From positions 95,110,001 through 95,174,000 of the forward strand of contig NC_045697.1 of NCBI RefSeq assembly GCF_009834535.1: a stretch of 64,000 nt of DNA, in the 5' to 3' direction. Positions within the stretch are counted from its first letter, which is position 1. Every line of letters starts with the position of its first letter. Positions 1 to 12,570 of this stretch are shown here, piece after piece. The notes under the pieces are model-generated. The model was not told where the DNA came from. It did not search any database and saw nothing but the letters and a program-made list of their open reading frames with translations. Position numbers and translations under genes: made by a program. This DNA is from Camelus ferus (lineage: Eukaryota).

Positions 1-1244
1 TGGATAGTTTTTGACCTCACATAAGTTAGAAAGTTGAGATTTAAAAAAAAAATCTCTACTGAAACTTTGTTTTCACTTTTAATTTTATTAAAAGATTCAG
101 GACAGAGTTTCTAATTTAATACTGATAGGATCAAAAATTTCCCACTTACTTTCATTTGATTTTTTAGAGATAAATGAATCACTCAACATTAATCATAAGC
201 TTCTCTGGGTAACAGATTTGTGTATATGAATGTGGGGTTTTTCCCCTACAATACTATATCTCAATTTTAAAATGTTTTAAAGAAAATCAGAGTTATAACT
301 CTTGAAAATATGCGGAATCTTTCATAGACTTCCAGTGAGTTATTTTTTAATTCCCATTGTAAGTCAAAATATGTCATTGATGATTTTTACTTTCTTTACT
401 CCAATCATTAAATGTATCATCTGTGTATAGTGCTTGATGAGATATTCTACACAATATGGCTAATGTTTCTTAAATGCTTACTATTTATTATGCTTTCTTC
501 TAAGTAATTTATACAAATTGACTTGTATGAATTTTCATAATTCTATGATGTAGGTTTTACTGGGATTCTCAGTTTAGACTTAAAAAAACCAGCAAAGAGA
601 GTTTAAACACCAGGCTGTTGGTCACTCAAAACCGGAATTTGATCACAGACAGCCTTGTTCAGATACCTTGTTCTCAACCACGCCCCTACTGCTGCCGATG
701 CATAATCCTACAAGCTTTAAGCAACGTTTTCACCCTGTTCACATAAAAGTCTTTAATTATAAATGCTGTGCTTTGTGTCAAATATAAAACATATGTAGCT
801 GGACAAAGCAGTATTTTGATCACTTTAATTTTTTTTTTTTTTATTTAGGTTTTACCCTCCTATTTCAATGGGGCAAGAGCTCTCTATTGCATTATTTTTC
901 TTCATATTCTTTTCAGTGCTTTATGTTTCTGCCACCTGCTTGCCTTTTTTTAAATTTCATTTTTAATTTCATTTCTTCAGCTCCTCTAAAGTGTAGAGTG
1001 GAAGATAGAGGTAGACGTCTTGAAAGTTAAGGAGTGTGATCAGATATGGGAATAACACCTCCCTGCCACACACCCATGCATACTTAATTAATGCTCTGGA
1101 CCTTGTTATTTCAACATTATTGATCCTGTGTTCAAGCAATTATGTCATTTGCTTGTACATCTAGAAAATTAATCTAGTTCCTATGAAGAATGGGATTCTG
1201 GGCATTTTAACAGAAAGGTCAGATTACACTTTCCTTGTTTCTAG

Positions 1245-1453
1245 GCAGTGGGAATGTTCTAACAGCGCTCCACGGACTTCCAGGGTGCAATTGTGGGAGT
1301 TCTCCGGAATATCCTCTTTGGGAACTTAGATCACATGCCTGTTTTTTTGTTTTTTTCTGCCTGGTTTCCTTCTCCAATTTTGTTGTTGTTGTTGTTGTTG
1401 TTATTTGTTTGTTTTGTTTCGTTTTTAATTCCCTGAAATGTGGCACAAAGGAG
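1245..1453 (+). other. Candidate exon A of an unidentified host transcript (3' boundary uncertain; may be terminal)
   Basis: Acceptor cactttccttgtttctag|G at 1244/1245. The next ~85 nt are GC-richer with three retained CpGs in an AT-rich background. Frames read AVGMF*, QWECSNSAPRTSRVQLWEFSGISSLGT* or SGNVLTALHGLPGCNCGSS...; possible donor GAG|gtaatc at 1453/1454. Confidence 0.35.
1380..1420. repeat. (GTT)n / GT-rich microsatellite
   Basis: tgttgttgttgttgttgttgttatttgtttgttttgttt. Confidence 0.9.
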
Positions 1454-1684
1454 GTAATCTGGAATCTGAACACCATGGATATGATTTAATTACTTCTTCC
1501 TCATTTAGATTTGTTCTCTAACTGTTGAATTTCTTCTTTGGATCACAAATTCTGTCAGTTTCTTTGGCATTTATAAACCAAGTATCTTCTTTCTACCATC
1601 TTGCCAGGCAGCCTTCCCCTGCCAGGGCTAAATATTTTTAGTATTTCATACTGTGTAACATAAAGCAAGTGGTATTTTTTATTG

Positions 1685-1755
1685 TCTTTCTAGAACCTAA
1701 CACAGTGATTGGCACACATCAGATTCTCAATAAATTTTGATGGATGAAGGGATGC
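1685..1755 (+). mobile_element. L2 LINE 3' end remnant
   Basis: tagaacctaacacagtgattggcacacatcagattctcaataaattttgatggatgaaggga resembles the L2 terminus (cctagcacagtgcctggcaca...ctcaataaatatttgttgaatgaatga). Confidence 0.6.
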
Positions 1756-3706
1756 ATAAATTAAACATATAAAACTATTTGTAAAAAACAGGATGTTTGA
1801 CAAAATGGAAGTTGCTTTACCTTTGGTCTCTGAAAGGATATAGCTGTCACATTTCCTTAATGAAAGAGTTCATATATAATTATTCTGAAGATCTTCTTAA
1901 AGTGTACATGAATCCTTTCAAATGTAATATATTTAATGAAATAGACTGATACCAGTATACTGAAGTTCCTGGCTTTTGAGAAAATCATTGGCATATTGGA
2001 GCATATGCAGGTTAATTTACATGATTTTGCCTAAAAAGAGTAAACACTGATTGGTGTAATAATTATATAGCTTTAGGAAACATAAGGAATAAATCTTCCT
2101 GTGCCTAAACTCCTATGGAATTTGTAGTTTTACTAGAGTAGGACTGGTGTCTTGACTGTAATCGTTGAGATGTTTCTCAGAGTTTGGGAATTCCTATCTG
2201 ACAAAAGTAAAAAAAAAAAAAAAATACTTCTTAGGTATTTATTTTTCAAAAAGTAGTTGGAAATAGCTGTACTCCAGATTATGAGATAAACATTTATATA
2301 TCAGAATGTTTACATGGAAAATCAAGAGTGCTTGGAGTGTTCTGACGTAAGTAACTAGTTTCTCTTCATTAAGGGGCTGATAAACCTTATCTAGTGAGGC
2401 CTCAGGAACACCTCTTTATTGACTCTGATGTAGATCCTCTTCCATGGACTTCAAACCCATCTTGTCCCACACTGCTTTATTGAGTGCCACTTGACTGCTT
2501 CTGGGACTTTTACCTATTTCTATTTCTTCCTCCTATCTGCACAATGTTGGCTGACGGCTAACCATGCATTGTGGGTCATGTTGCTGTTGCCAGCTCTGTG
2601 ACATCATAGCCTCATCATCTGGTTTTGTTTTGTTTTCTAAACTCTTTGGGAGCGTTTAATCTCATGGACTTTAGAGATCAAATCTTAAGCTTCTGTGGTG
2701 AAAATAGACACTTTCTGCTTTAATTACCAACTACAACCTGATCTACTGTAATCAACCTTTTTAAAGCTAATGGTTTGACATGAATAAACTTCCTCCTGTA
2801 ACAATAGCTCTATATGATATTGAAGAAGGTACCATAGTGCTACTTTATATCCAATATCATATGAAGGACACTGGCTTGCACTCACTGAGATTTCTACAGG
2901 ACATCAGGATTACAAGAAACCTAAAATTCTCATTAAATTGTCTATTTTCATGAACATGCTAATGACAAATATATGTGAATACAGAGAGGAACATGCCTCT
3001 CCGTTCTTGCCTTCTTATAATCAAAATATCATAAAGAAAATTTCAGTATCTGAGATTTTCATTGTGGAGCTATAAGGCATTGAGAAAAGTGGTTAGTATT
3101 ATTTTTCGGAATAGTGGAAAATCTCTAAAAGGATGAATTTTTTGAGACCAAAATCATCATTCCTTAACTCACTTAACAATAAGAATCAAAAATAATATTG
3201 CATATATTAGTCTTTATACCTGCCACTGAATTCATAAAATTCTCTAACAAAATGATTTTTTCACCAGAAACACCAGTTTTATTGATATTTCATTGTAGTG
3301 GCACTTAGCATTCTAAGATGGCAAAAAAAATCTATTATGTGGTTATATTTTAAAATTTTGAACTTAGATAACTGTGCTAAATGGATAGGTAAAAAAGAAT
3401 CAATGATAATGCCAAGGAAAATAAAATCTTTCTATCAACATAGATATGTGAAACATATTCTTAATATTCATAGTTTGTCTTTAAAATATTTATTATCTAA
3501 TCATCTTTAGAGATACCCAAACTATTTTTATTTATTCATACCACCCTAAAAGATGCTATCATAAGTACCTTAATTTATTATTTATATATGTTAATATTAT
3601 TTATTACTCTGCTATGTGCTAAAAGGAAAATGGAGCAAAATCCTTTGTTGAGTTGCAGCTTACATGAAATCAGCAACATTTCTCCCATTTTAGCTCTTTC
3701 CATCAG

Positions 3707-3778
3707 TTGATCGATGTGTTGCAAGTGCTTTTCTTTACCATGCATTTACGAGTGATTGGAAGTACTGAATATCATGGT
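3707..3778 (+). other. Candidate 72-nt exon B
   Basis: ctctttccatcag| acceptor and GGT|gtgagt donor; 72 nt; phase-0 frame open (LIDVLQVLFFTMHLRVIGSTEYHG). Confidence 0.35.
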
Positions 3779-4409
3779 GTGAGTAGCTTTTGCTCTTAGG
3801 TATGAAGAAGAAATTGATTTTCACTTGTCCTAAACATTCCAAGAATTGTTAACACTTTCTGAAGCAAAATATGAAGCAGTAACTTAGAAATTCTGACAGA
3901 ATTTCTAAAATAAAATGTATTAAAAACTCGCATCATGAAATATCAAGGTTAGAAAATTACAATTCATAAATAGGTTAACATTATGTTCTTAAAAAAAGTA
4001 AAAATGAACTAAAAATTGCACGTATACATTGGGTGATATTTATAATAAATATATATTTTCTTTCTATATATCATTAGTGTTATTTCTACAAATGGAGTTA
4101 AAATATTGCCAAGCTTTTATAATAAACCTTAACCAAAAGATGTTACAGGGTGTTCCCCCTGTTAACTGAGTAGCTTTACTTATAAGAGAGTTCTGAATTT
4201 CCAGTACAACTAGTAAGAAGTTATATCTTTGTAGATTTATAATTCCCCAAATGGTTGACATAGAATTTATTCAAATTGAGATTTTCTACTATATCAACCT
4301 CAGGAGGGTATCCGTGTTTACAAATAGGGTATGTGACCAGGTCAGTCTGACTGGATGGGGATTTCACTAAGACTATATCATCAGGTCATCAGTCCTTCTT
4401 CTGGTCTTA

Positions 4410-4497
4410 TTTTTTAATGATGACAATGTGAGAAAATACTAGTCCAGAGAGGTTAAGTGACTTAAGTAAAGTTATAAAATCAGTAGTAGTGAAGTCA
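4410..4497 (-). mobile_element. MIR SINE fragment
   Basis: gaaaatactagtccagagaggttaagtgacttaagtaaagttata matches the reverse-complement MIR core. Confidence 0.6.
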
Positions 4498-4676
4498 TTT
4501 GTATTAGTAGTATTAGTATATTAATATTATTATTGCTTTTGAGTTCAGAGGTAGAATGCAGGCAGTGGCTCTTGCAGCACTCACAGTTTCAATTAGGGAA
4601 AGTATGTGAGGGGCAATCATGCTCTCAAGGAAATGTAAGCGTGTTTGGTTCTGTTCAGCCTTCTCATGACACCGTC

Positions 4677-4703
<27 letters not shown>
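4677..4703. repeat. (TG)n microsatellite
   Basis: Perfect TG run. Confidence 0.95.
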
Positions 4704-4709
<6 letters not shown>

Positions 4710-5010
4710 ATGATGAAGCTGAGCTGGGCACCTAGAATGACATGTGCAGGAGAGTCTCACTAAAATAATGATTGTCGCATGACCTGCATTAATTTCTATC
4801 TCATTGGAAATTCCTGAGGTTAAAAACTTATAATTATCTAGGACAATAATCTATTTTCATTTTACATATAATGACAAAGTATTTTATCACCTTAATATAC
4901 TCCAAGTTTGTTAGAAATGCACCTATATAAGTTGAGGGGGTAATTTAATTTGTTTTGATCTAGATGTTAATAAGAGTAGTTTATAATTATGTAAAATACA
5001 TGACTAATGG

Positions 5011-5486
5011 TGTATTAGTCAGGGTTCTCTAGAAAATAGAACCAACAGGATGTGCATGTGTGTATATATATATAGTGACTTATTGCATAGGGTTGGCTTA
5101 CATAATTATTATGGAAGTTGGTAGGTCTAAATCTGCAGGGTAAGTCTGCAAACTAGAGACCCAGCAGAGGTGAAGTTCCAGGGTGAGTTCAAAAGCCTCA
5201 TGCTGTAGAACCAGGAAGAAGCAGTATTGCAGAAGTCTGAATGCAGTCTGCTAGAGAATAATCTCTTGCTCTGGGAGGCCAGTCTTTTTGTTCTATTTTG
5301 ACCTTAAGCTGATTGGATGAGGCTCACCCCTGCATTATTATGAAGAATAATCTACTTCTCTCAAAGTCCACCAATTTAACTGTTTATTTCATCCCAAAAC
5401 AACTTTCAGAAACAATCAGAATTATGTTTGATCATTATCTGTACACACTGTAGCCCAGCAAATGACACAAAAAAATAACCATCACA
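5011..5486 (-). mobile_element. MLT2-type (ERVL) solo LTR
   Basis: Begins tgtattagtcagggttctctagaaaatagaaccaacagga and ends acacaaaaaaataaccatcaca; 5-bp TSD aatgg (5006-5010) / aatgc (5487-5491). Confidence 0.85.
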
Positions 5487-7409
5487 AATGCAACATAAAA
5501 TATGTATCCAACATTTATTATGGAATACCAAGTAGAAAGAGGATGTTAGCAATGTTTATTTAAATGACAAATTACAATTCTATATCCAGACTTTTTTGTA
5601 TGTGGATGCAAAGAACTAATAATATCACTGTGGTTTTATTATAGTTGTGCTAAGATTTTAAACATTGTATATTTTATTACATGTTATGTTTAAATTTTCT
5701 TCTTTTTATTATATCATTTTATTAATTAAAATATATATGCAGTTTAGATTGTTTATTAACTTTTATCATAGTAAGGGGGAAATTTTATATAAAATATTAT
5801 TGGGAGATTGCCAAGATAGGGGAGTAGAAGGACACATAGCTCTCCCTCACCCATGAATACACCAAAAATTACATCTAAAAAGAGAATTCCTCACACAGCA
5901 TACCTACTGAACTTTGGCGGAATATCTCTTACTTTTGAAATACAAGAAAATCCTCACAAAACCAGGTAGGAGAAAAAGAAATAAAGAAAAAGAAACTCAG
6001 TGAGCAATCTGTCCTGCAGTGAGAGAGTGGCAGAGGAGGAAAAGTGCCCTCACTCTGGGAAGCCCCCTTTCCAGTAAGAAGGTCGGCAGGAACAAAAAGG
6101 GAGCTTCAGAGGCTCAGAGGAGAAAGTAGCAGCCACTTGGCAGACAGAATTGAGAGAAACCAGCACAGAAGGTCCATGTTATCCCTAGCCCTAGATGCGA
6201 GCTGGAGAAGGTGGGCTGGACCAGGCTACTGAAGCTCAGGCTTCTGTGGATGAGTCCAGGGATAAGACTGATCTAACTGTGCAAAGGCAGCCTCAGGTGC
6301 CTGGAGTGTGGTGCAGGTTGAGGCTGGGAGTGTGCAGAACAGAATAGCTTGGGACCCCCATAAAAAGCACCACTGCTGGTGCATGTAGGGAGGAGGGGCA
6401 CAATGCAGCCCCACCAAAGCAGCCATCTCCACTAGCCCAGAGGATGTTGCTTGGCACCATTGTTGGTGTGCATTCTGGCAAGAAGAGAGGTAGGGTTCAG
6501 ACATAGACATCTCAGCTTTCTCTGAATGGACACAATCCCTGGTGCATGGCTTATGGCCGGAGGCAGGGCTAAACCTGAATCCATACCCAGGGGGCCTGCA
6601 ACTTTGCAGGCTGGACTCAGATTTGATTCTAGTCCTCAGCAGAGGAGGCAGATCTGCTCCACTTTTGCCATTGTGGACCCGCATCTCTGAGACAAATGAA
6701 TGGAGTTCTGAAAGGGGCAGGTTTGGCATGAACAGCAGGCCTGCATACCATATCCAGATGCAGGGCTGGGGTCCGGGCTGACCTTGTGGCACACTATGGC
6801 AAGTCCTAGTGTATGACATTGGTGGATCTCCGTGGGTGTCTCTCTGGGTGCAGAACCTGGGGGATACCAGAGTGGGTTGCCGATATTCCTGTGACTGAGG
6901 AGGACACAAGGGCAGAGTCAACAGAGTGCACTTTGTAAGCTTACATAACAAGTTACAGACAACACCACAGAGGGCACTTCCCAGTGGACATTCCCTGTGG
7001 AGGAATACCCAGTGGCTCCTCTTTCAGCAGAAGTGTTCCAATCCCATGTACCACACATAATGGTTCAGAAATTGGCCTGGAAGCCTCTATTCCAGCAACA
7101 GGGGAGCTGACCCAGCAGCTGCCAGGGCTGTGACAACCACAGAGCTAAGAGGAGGCCTGGCTCAACAACCAGGGCAGGTTCTGGCCACCACAACATGAAC
7201 CACATCCCCAGTCAAGGGGATAACAGCCAGCACACATAGAGGAAAGACGTGGTAACCACCCAAACAAAAAACAGCCCTTGTAACAAAATTATTAGATGCA
7301 CACAGCCTACACAAGAACATTCCCTTTAAAAAAATTTTTTTAATCTCTTCAGGACCACAGTAGATAACTGTTACTCCTAAATTCATACATTCAGAGAAAT
7401 ATATGTAAA

Positions 7410-8288
7410 ATGAAGAAGGAGAGGAACCACTCCCAATTAAAAAAACAAGAGAAGTCCTTGAAGGAATGAACAATGAAATAGACCTTGACAATCTACTAGA
7501 TCATGACTTCAAAAAGCAGGTGATAAAGCACAGAAGTAAATAAGAGAGACTATCAATAGAAATGCAGAATACTGTAAAAAGGAAATAGAAACTATAAAGA
7601 GGAGCCAACTAAAATCAGAAAACTAAATTGCTGAGTTAAAAGCCAAGCTAAAAGCAGTCAAAAGCAGAATAAATAATGCAGAAGAATGAATAAGTGATTT
7701 AGAATACATAATAACAGAAATCACCCAATCAGAACAGCAGACAGAAAAGCAAATGAAAACAATATAAGGGACCTATGGGATAATATGAAGCATGCCAATC
7801 GACACATAATAGGGGTCCCAGAAGAGGAAGAAAGAGACAAGGGGATTGAAAAGGTATTTGAAGAAATAATGACTGAAAACTTCCCAAACCTAAAGAAGGA
7901 AACAGATATCCAAGTACAAGAAGCACAAAGGTTCCAAATAAGATGAATCCAAACAGACCTACACCAAGACATATTATAATTAAGATGGCTAAAGTTAAAG
8001 ATAAAGAAATGATTCTAAAGGCAGCAACAGAAAAACAAAGAGTTAGTTACAAGGAAACCCCCATAAGGCTTTAAGCTGATTTCTGTATATAGACACTGCT
8101 GGCCAGAAGGGAGTGGCAAGATATATTCAAAGTCCTGAATGAGAAAAATCTGCAACCCAGGATACTCTATCCAGCAAGACTATCCTTTAGACTAGAGGAA
8201 GAAATAAAGAATTTCAGACAAGCAAAAACTGGAAGAATTCAGCAATACTAAATCTATCCTAAAAGAAATACTGAAAGTTTTTCTCTAA
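7410..8288 (+). pseudogene. L1 ORF1 (RNA-binding protein) relic with frameshifts and stops
   Basis: ATG at 7410 (MKKERNHSQLKKQEK...). ORF1 RRM/CTD-like segments (ataggggtcccagaag, ccaagacatattataattaagatgg, ctgcaacccaggatactctatccagcaagac). Ends ctctaa at 8288. Confidence 0.85.
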
Positions 8289-8630
8289 ATAGAAAAGAAG
8301 CAGAAAGCTATAGAAAAGAGAAAAAACATAAGCAGAAATGCAATACTACAATGAACTGCAGGAAAGTAAACATAAAGATGTAAAAGAGGTCATCAAAATC
8401 ATAAAATGTGAGAGAGGGGAGCAAAACAAATGTAGATTTTCTTTTTGTTCTACTTAGGATGTGTTTGACCCTATATGACTACCAGTCTAAATCAAATAGA
8501 TATAGTAATGGGTTAACATACTTGAAAAAAGGGTTACCACAAATCAAAAGCATACAATAGAGTCACAAAACCCAAAAAGAAACCAAGCTAATAAAAAAGA
8601 AAATTATCAAACCACAAAAAGGAAAACAAA

Positions 8631-8631
8631 A

Positions 8632-8669
<38 letters not shown>

Positions 8670-8670
8670 G
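8631..8670. repeat. 12-mer tandem repeat (AAAGAAACAAAG)x3 in the L1 inter-ORF spacer
   Basis: aaaagaaacaaagaaagaaacaaagaaagaaacaaagaag. Confidence 0.8.
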
Positions 8671-8702
8671 AAATACCAAATCAACGGAAAACAAAGTTTA
8701 AA

Positions 8703-11700
8703 ATGGCAACAAACACACATCTATAAATAATTACCATAAATGTCAAAGGGCTAAATGCTACAATCAAAAGACATAGAGTGGCAGATTGGATAATAAAATA
8801 AGAGCCTACAATATGTCTGCCTACAAGAGACCCACTTTAGAGTGGAGGACACATATTGATTAAAGGGGAGAGGATGGAAAAAGGTATTTCAGCAGATGGA
8901 AATTACAAGAAAGTGGGGGTAGCAATATTCATCTCTGACAAAATAGACTTTAAAATAACACCCATGAAGAATGATAAAGAAGAACATATATAATATAACA
9001 GGATTAATTTAAGATATATATATATATATATGATATAAATACATAAGATAAAAGGAATACAAGAAGAGGATATTACACTCATTAACATTTTTGCCACCAA
9101 TATAGGAGCACTTAAATATATAAAACAAATACTAATAGTCATAAAGGGAGAAATTAATGAGAACACAATAATAGTAGGAGACTTTAATACCCAACTAACA
9201 TCATTGGACAGATCTCCCAGATACAAAATCCATGAGGCAACAAAGATACTAAATGATACAATGTAGCAGTTGGACTTAATTTATATTTTTAAGACATTAC
9301 AACCCCAAAAAGCATAATAAACATTCTTTCCTAGTGTGCATGGAACATTTTCTAGGATAAACCACATACTCAGACACAAAACTAGCCTCAATGAATTTAA
9401 GAGGATAGAAATTATTTGAGGCATCTATCTGACCACAATAGCATGAAACAAGAAATCAACCACAGAAAAACAAATGAGCTAAAAAAAAATGACTGCATGT
9501 AGTATAAACAACATGCTATGAAAAATACCAATGGATCAATGATGAAATCAAAGAAGAAATTTAAAAATACCTTGAGACAAATAATGATGAAAACACAACC
9601 ACACGAAATCTACAGGACATAGCAAAAGCAGTCCTAAGAAGGAAATTCATAGCAACAGAGGCCTTCCTCAGAACACAAGAACAATCTCAAATAAACAATC
9701 CAACCTACCACCTAAAAGAATTAGAAGAAGTGCAAACAAAACCTAAAGTCAATAGCAAGAAAGAAATAATAAAGTTCAGAAAGGAATTAAATAAAATGGA
9801 GGTTAAAAAACAATAGAGAAAAATCAATCAAACCAAGAGCTGGTTTTTTGAAAGAATAAAAAGAAATCGACAACCCTCTGGCCAGGTTTACCAGGAAGAA
9901 ATGAGAGAGGAAACAAATAAACAAAATGAGAAAGGAAGGTGGAGAGATTACAACCAACACAACAGAAATACAAGAAACAATAAGAGAATACTATGAACAA
10001 CTTTATGACAACAAATTGGACAAGCTGAAAGAAATGGAGAAGTTTTTAGAAACATATAGTCCACAAAAACTGAATCAAGAACAAATAGATTATGTTAACA
10101 GACCTATCACTAAAAGTGAAATAAAATCAACAATAAAAACCTCCTTTCAAACAAAAGTCCAGGACAGATGGCTTCAATGGGGAATTCTACCAAGAATACA
10201 AAGAACTCATATAGACTCCTCTCAAACTCTTCCAAAAGATTGAAGAGGAGGGACTACTTCCAAACTGATTCTATGAAGCTACCATCACTTTGATACCAAA
10301 ACCAGACAAAGACACTACCAAAAAAGAAAATTACAGGCCAATATCACTGATGAACATAGATGCAAAATTTCTCAACAAAATATTAGCAAACAAAATTGAA
10401 CAACACATAAAAAAGATCATACACTATGATCAATTTGAATTCATGCCAGGGACACAAGGATCTTTCAGTATATACAAATTGATCACTGTGATACACCAAA
10501 ACAACAAAAGAAAGGACAAAAATCACATGATGCAGAAAAAGCATTTGATAAAATGCAACACCCATTTATGATAAAAACTCTTACCAAAATGGGTATAGAG
10601 GGATTATATCTCAACATAATAAATTATTTATGACAAATCTACAGCCAGCATCATACTCAATGGTGAAAAGTTGAATGCCTTCCTGCTAAAATCTATACTC
10701 AATGGTGAAAAATTTAACGCCTTCCCACTAAAATCTGGAAAAAGGTTGTCCACTCTCACCACTTGTATTCAAAATAGTATTGGAATTTCTAGCCATAGCA
10801 GTCAGACAAGAAAAAGATACAAAAGGGATCCAAATTGGAAGAGAAGAGGTAAAATTGTCAGTATGTGGATGGCATGATACTATATATAGAAAACCTTAAA
10901 GGCTCCACACAAAAAATACTAGAGCTGATGAAAGAATTCGGCAAGGTAGCGGGATACAAGATTAACATACAGAAATCAGCTGCATTTTTTTATACTAACA
11001 ATGAAATATCAGAAAAGTAAAGAAACAATCCTTTTAAAAATTGCACCCAAAGCAATAAAATACTCAGGAGTAAATCCAACCAAGGAAGTGAAAGACTTAC
11101 ACATGGAAAACTACAAAACATTGATTAAGGAAATTAAAGATGACTTAAAGTAATGGAAAGATATCCCATGTTCTTACATTGGAAGAATTAATATTGTTAA
11201 AAAGGCCATACCACCCAGAGAAATCTACAGATTTAATGCAATCCCTGTCAAATTACCCATGACACTTTTAACAGAACTAGAACAACTAATCCTAAAATTT
11301 ACATGGAATGACAAAACTCCCACAATTGCTGAAGCAATACTGAAGAAAAAGAACAAAGCTGGAGGAGTAACCCTCCCAGACTTTAGACAACACTACAGAG
11401 ATACAGGAATCAAAACAGCATGGTATTGGTACAAAAACAGACACGTAGGACAATGGAACAGAACAGAGAACGCAGAAATACACTCACCAACTAATGGTCA
11501 ATTAATCTTCAACAAAGGAGGCAAGAATAGACAATGGAGTAAAGACAGTCTCTTCATCAAGTGGTATTGGGAAAACTGGACAGCCACATGTAAATCAATG
11601 AAGTTAGAACACTCCCTCACATATACACAAAAATAAACTCAAAATGACTTAAAGACTTAAATGTAAGACAGGACACTATAAAACTTTTAGAAGAAAACAT

Positions 11701-12570
11701 AAGAGGAACATTTTCTGACATAAATCTTAGCGTAGTTCTCCTAGGGCACTCTACGCAGGCAATAGAAATAAAAGTAAAAATAAACAAATGAGACCTAATT
11801 AAATTTATAAACTTTTGTACAGCAAAGGAAACCATTAACAAAACAAAAAGAGAACTACAGAATGGGAGAAAATATTTGCAAATGATACAACTGACAAAGG
11901 CTTAATTTCCAGAATATATGATCAGCTGGTGCAACTTAATAATAAAAAAACAAACAACCCAATCCAAAAATGAGCAGAAGGACTAAACAAGCAATTCTCC
12001 AATGAAGACAACAGATGGCCAATAGGCACATGAAAAAATGTTTAACATCACTAATTATCAGAGAAGTGCAAATCAAAACTACTGTCACCTCACACCAGTC
12101 AGAATGACCATCATTCAAAAGCCCACAAATGACAAATGCTGGAGAGGCTGTGGAGAAAAGGGACCCCCCCCCCTACACTGTTGGTGGGAATGTAATTTGA
12201 TGTAGCCATTATGGAAAACAATATGTAGACTCCTCAAAAAATTAAAAATAGACTTACCATCTGATCCATCAATCACACTTCTGGGCATATATCCAGAGAG
12301 AACCTTAAATTGAAAATATATATGTACCCCAATGTTTATAGCAACACTATTTACAATAGCCAAGAGATGGAAACAACCCGAATGTCCATCCACTGATGAC
12401 TAGATAAAGACACTGTGGTATATTTATACAGTGGAATACTACTCAGCCATAAAAAATAATAATGTCATTTTCAGCAACATGGATGGACCTGGAGATTGTC
12501 ATTCTAAGTGAAGTAAGCCAGCAAGATAAAGAAAAATGCCATATAATATCACTCATATGTGGAATCTTAA
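8703..12570 (+). pseudogene. L1 ORF2 (endonuclease/reverse transcriptase) relic
   Basis: ATG at 8703; EN motifs (aatgtcaaagggctaaat, ctgcctacaagagac, gtaggagactttaatac, tctgaccacaat); RT fragments in ORFs 9926-10243, 10290-10571 and 11259-11636. The catalytic (F/Y)ADD reads YVDG at 10862-10873; many stops and frameshifts. Confidence 0.9.

Noticed and set aside
612..712. H/ACA snoRNA-like layout (hairpin, AGATAC, later ACA)
   Set aside because: AGATAC does not fit box H (ANANNA) and no convincing second hairpin is present
1219..1489. Overlapping 84-85 aa ORFs as standalone genes
   Set aside because: Non-ATG starts, and length driven by the (GTT)n low-complexity tract
7162..9226. Minus-strand ORFs 7162-7491, 7721-7972 and 8903-9226
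   Set aside because: Antisense shadows of L1 5'UTR/ORF1/ORF2; the last also spans an AT microsatellite insert
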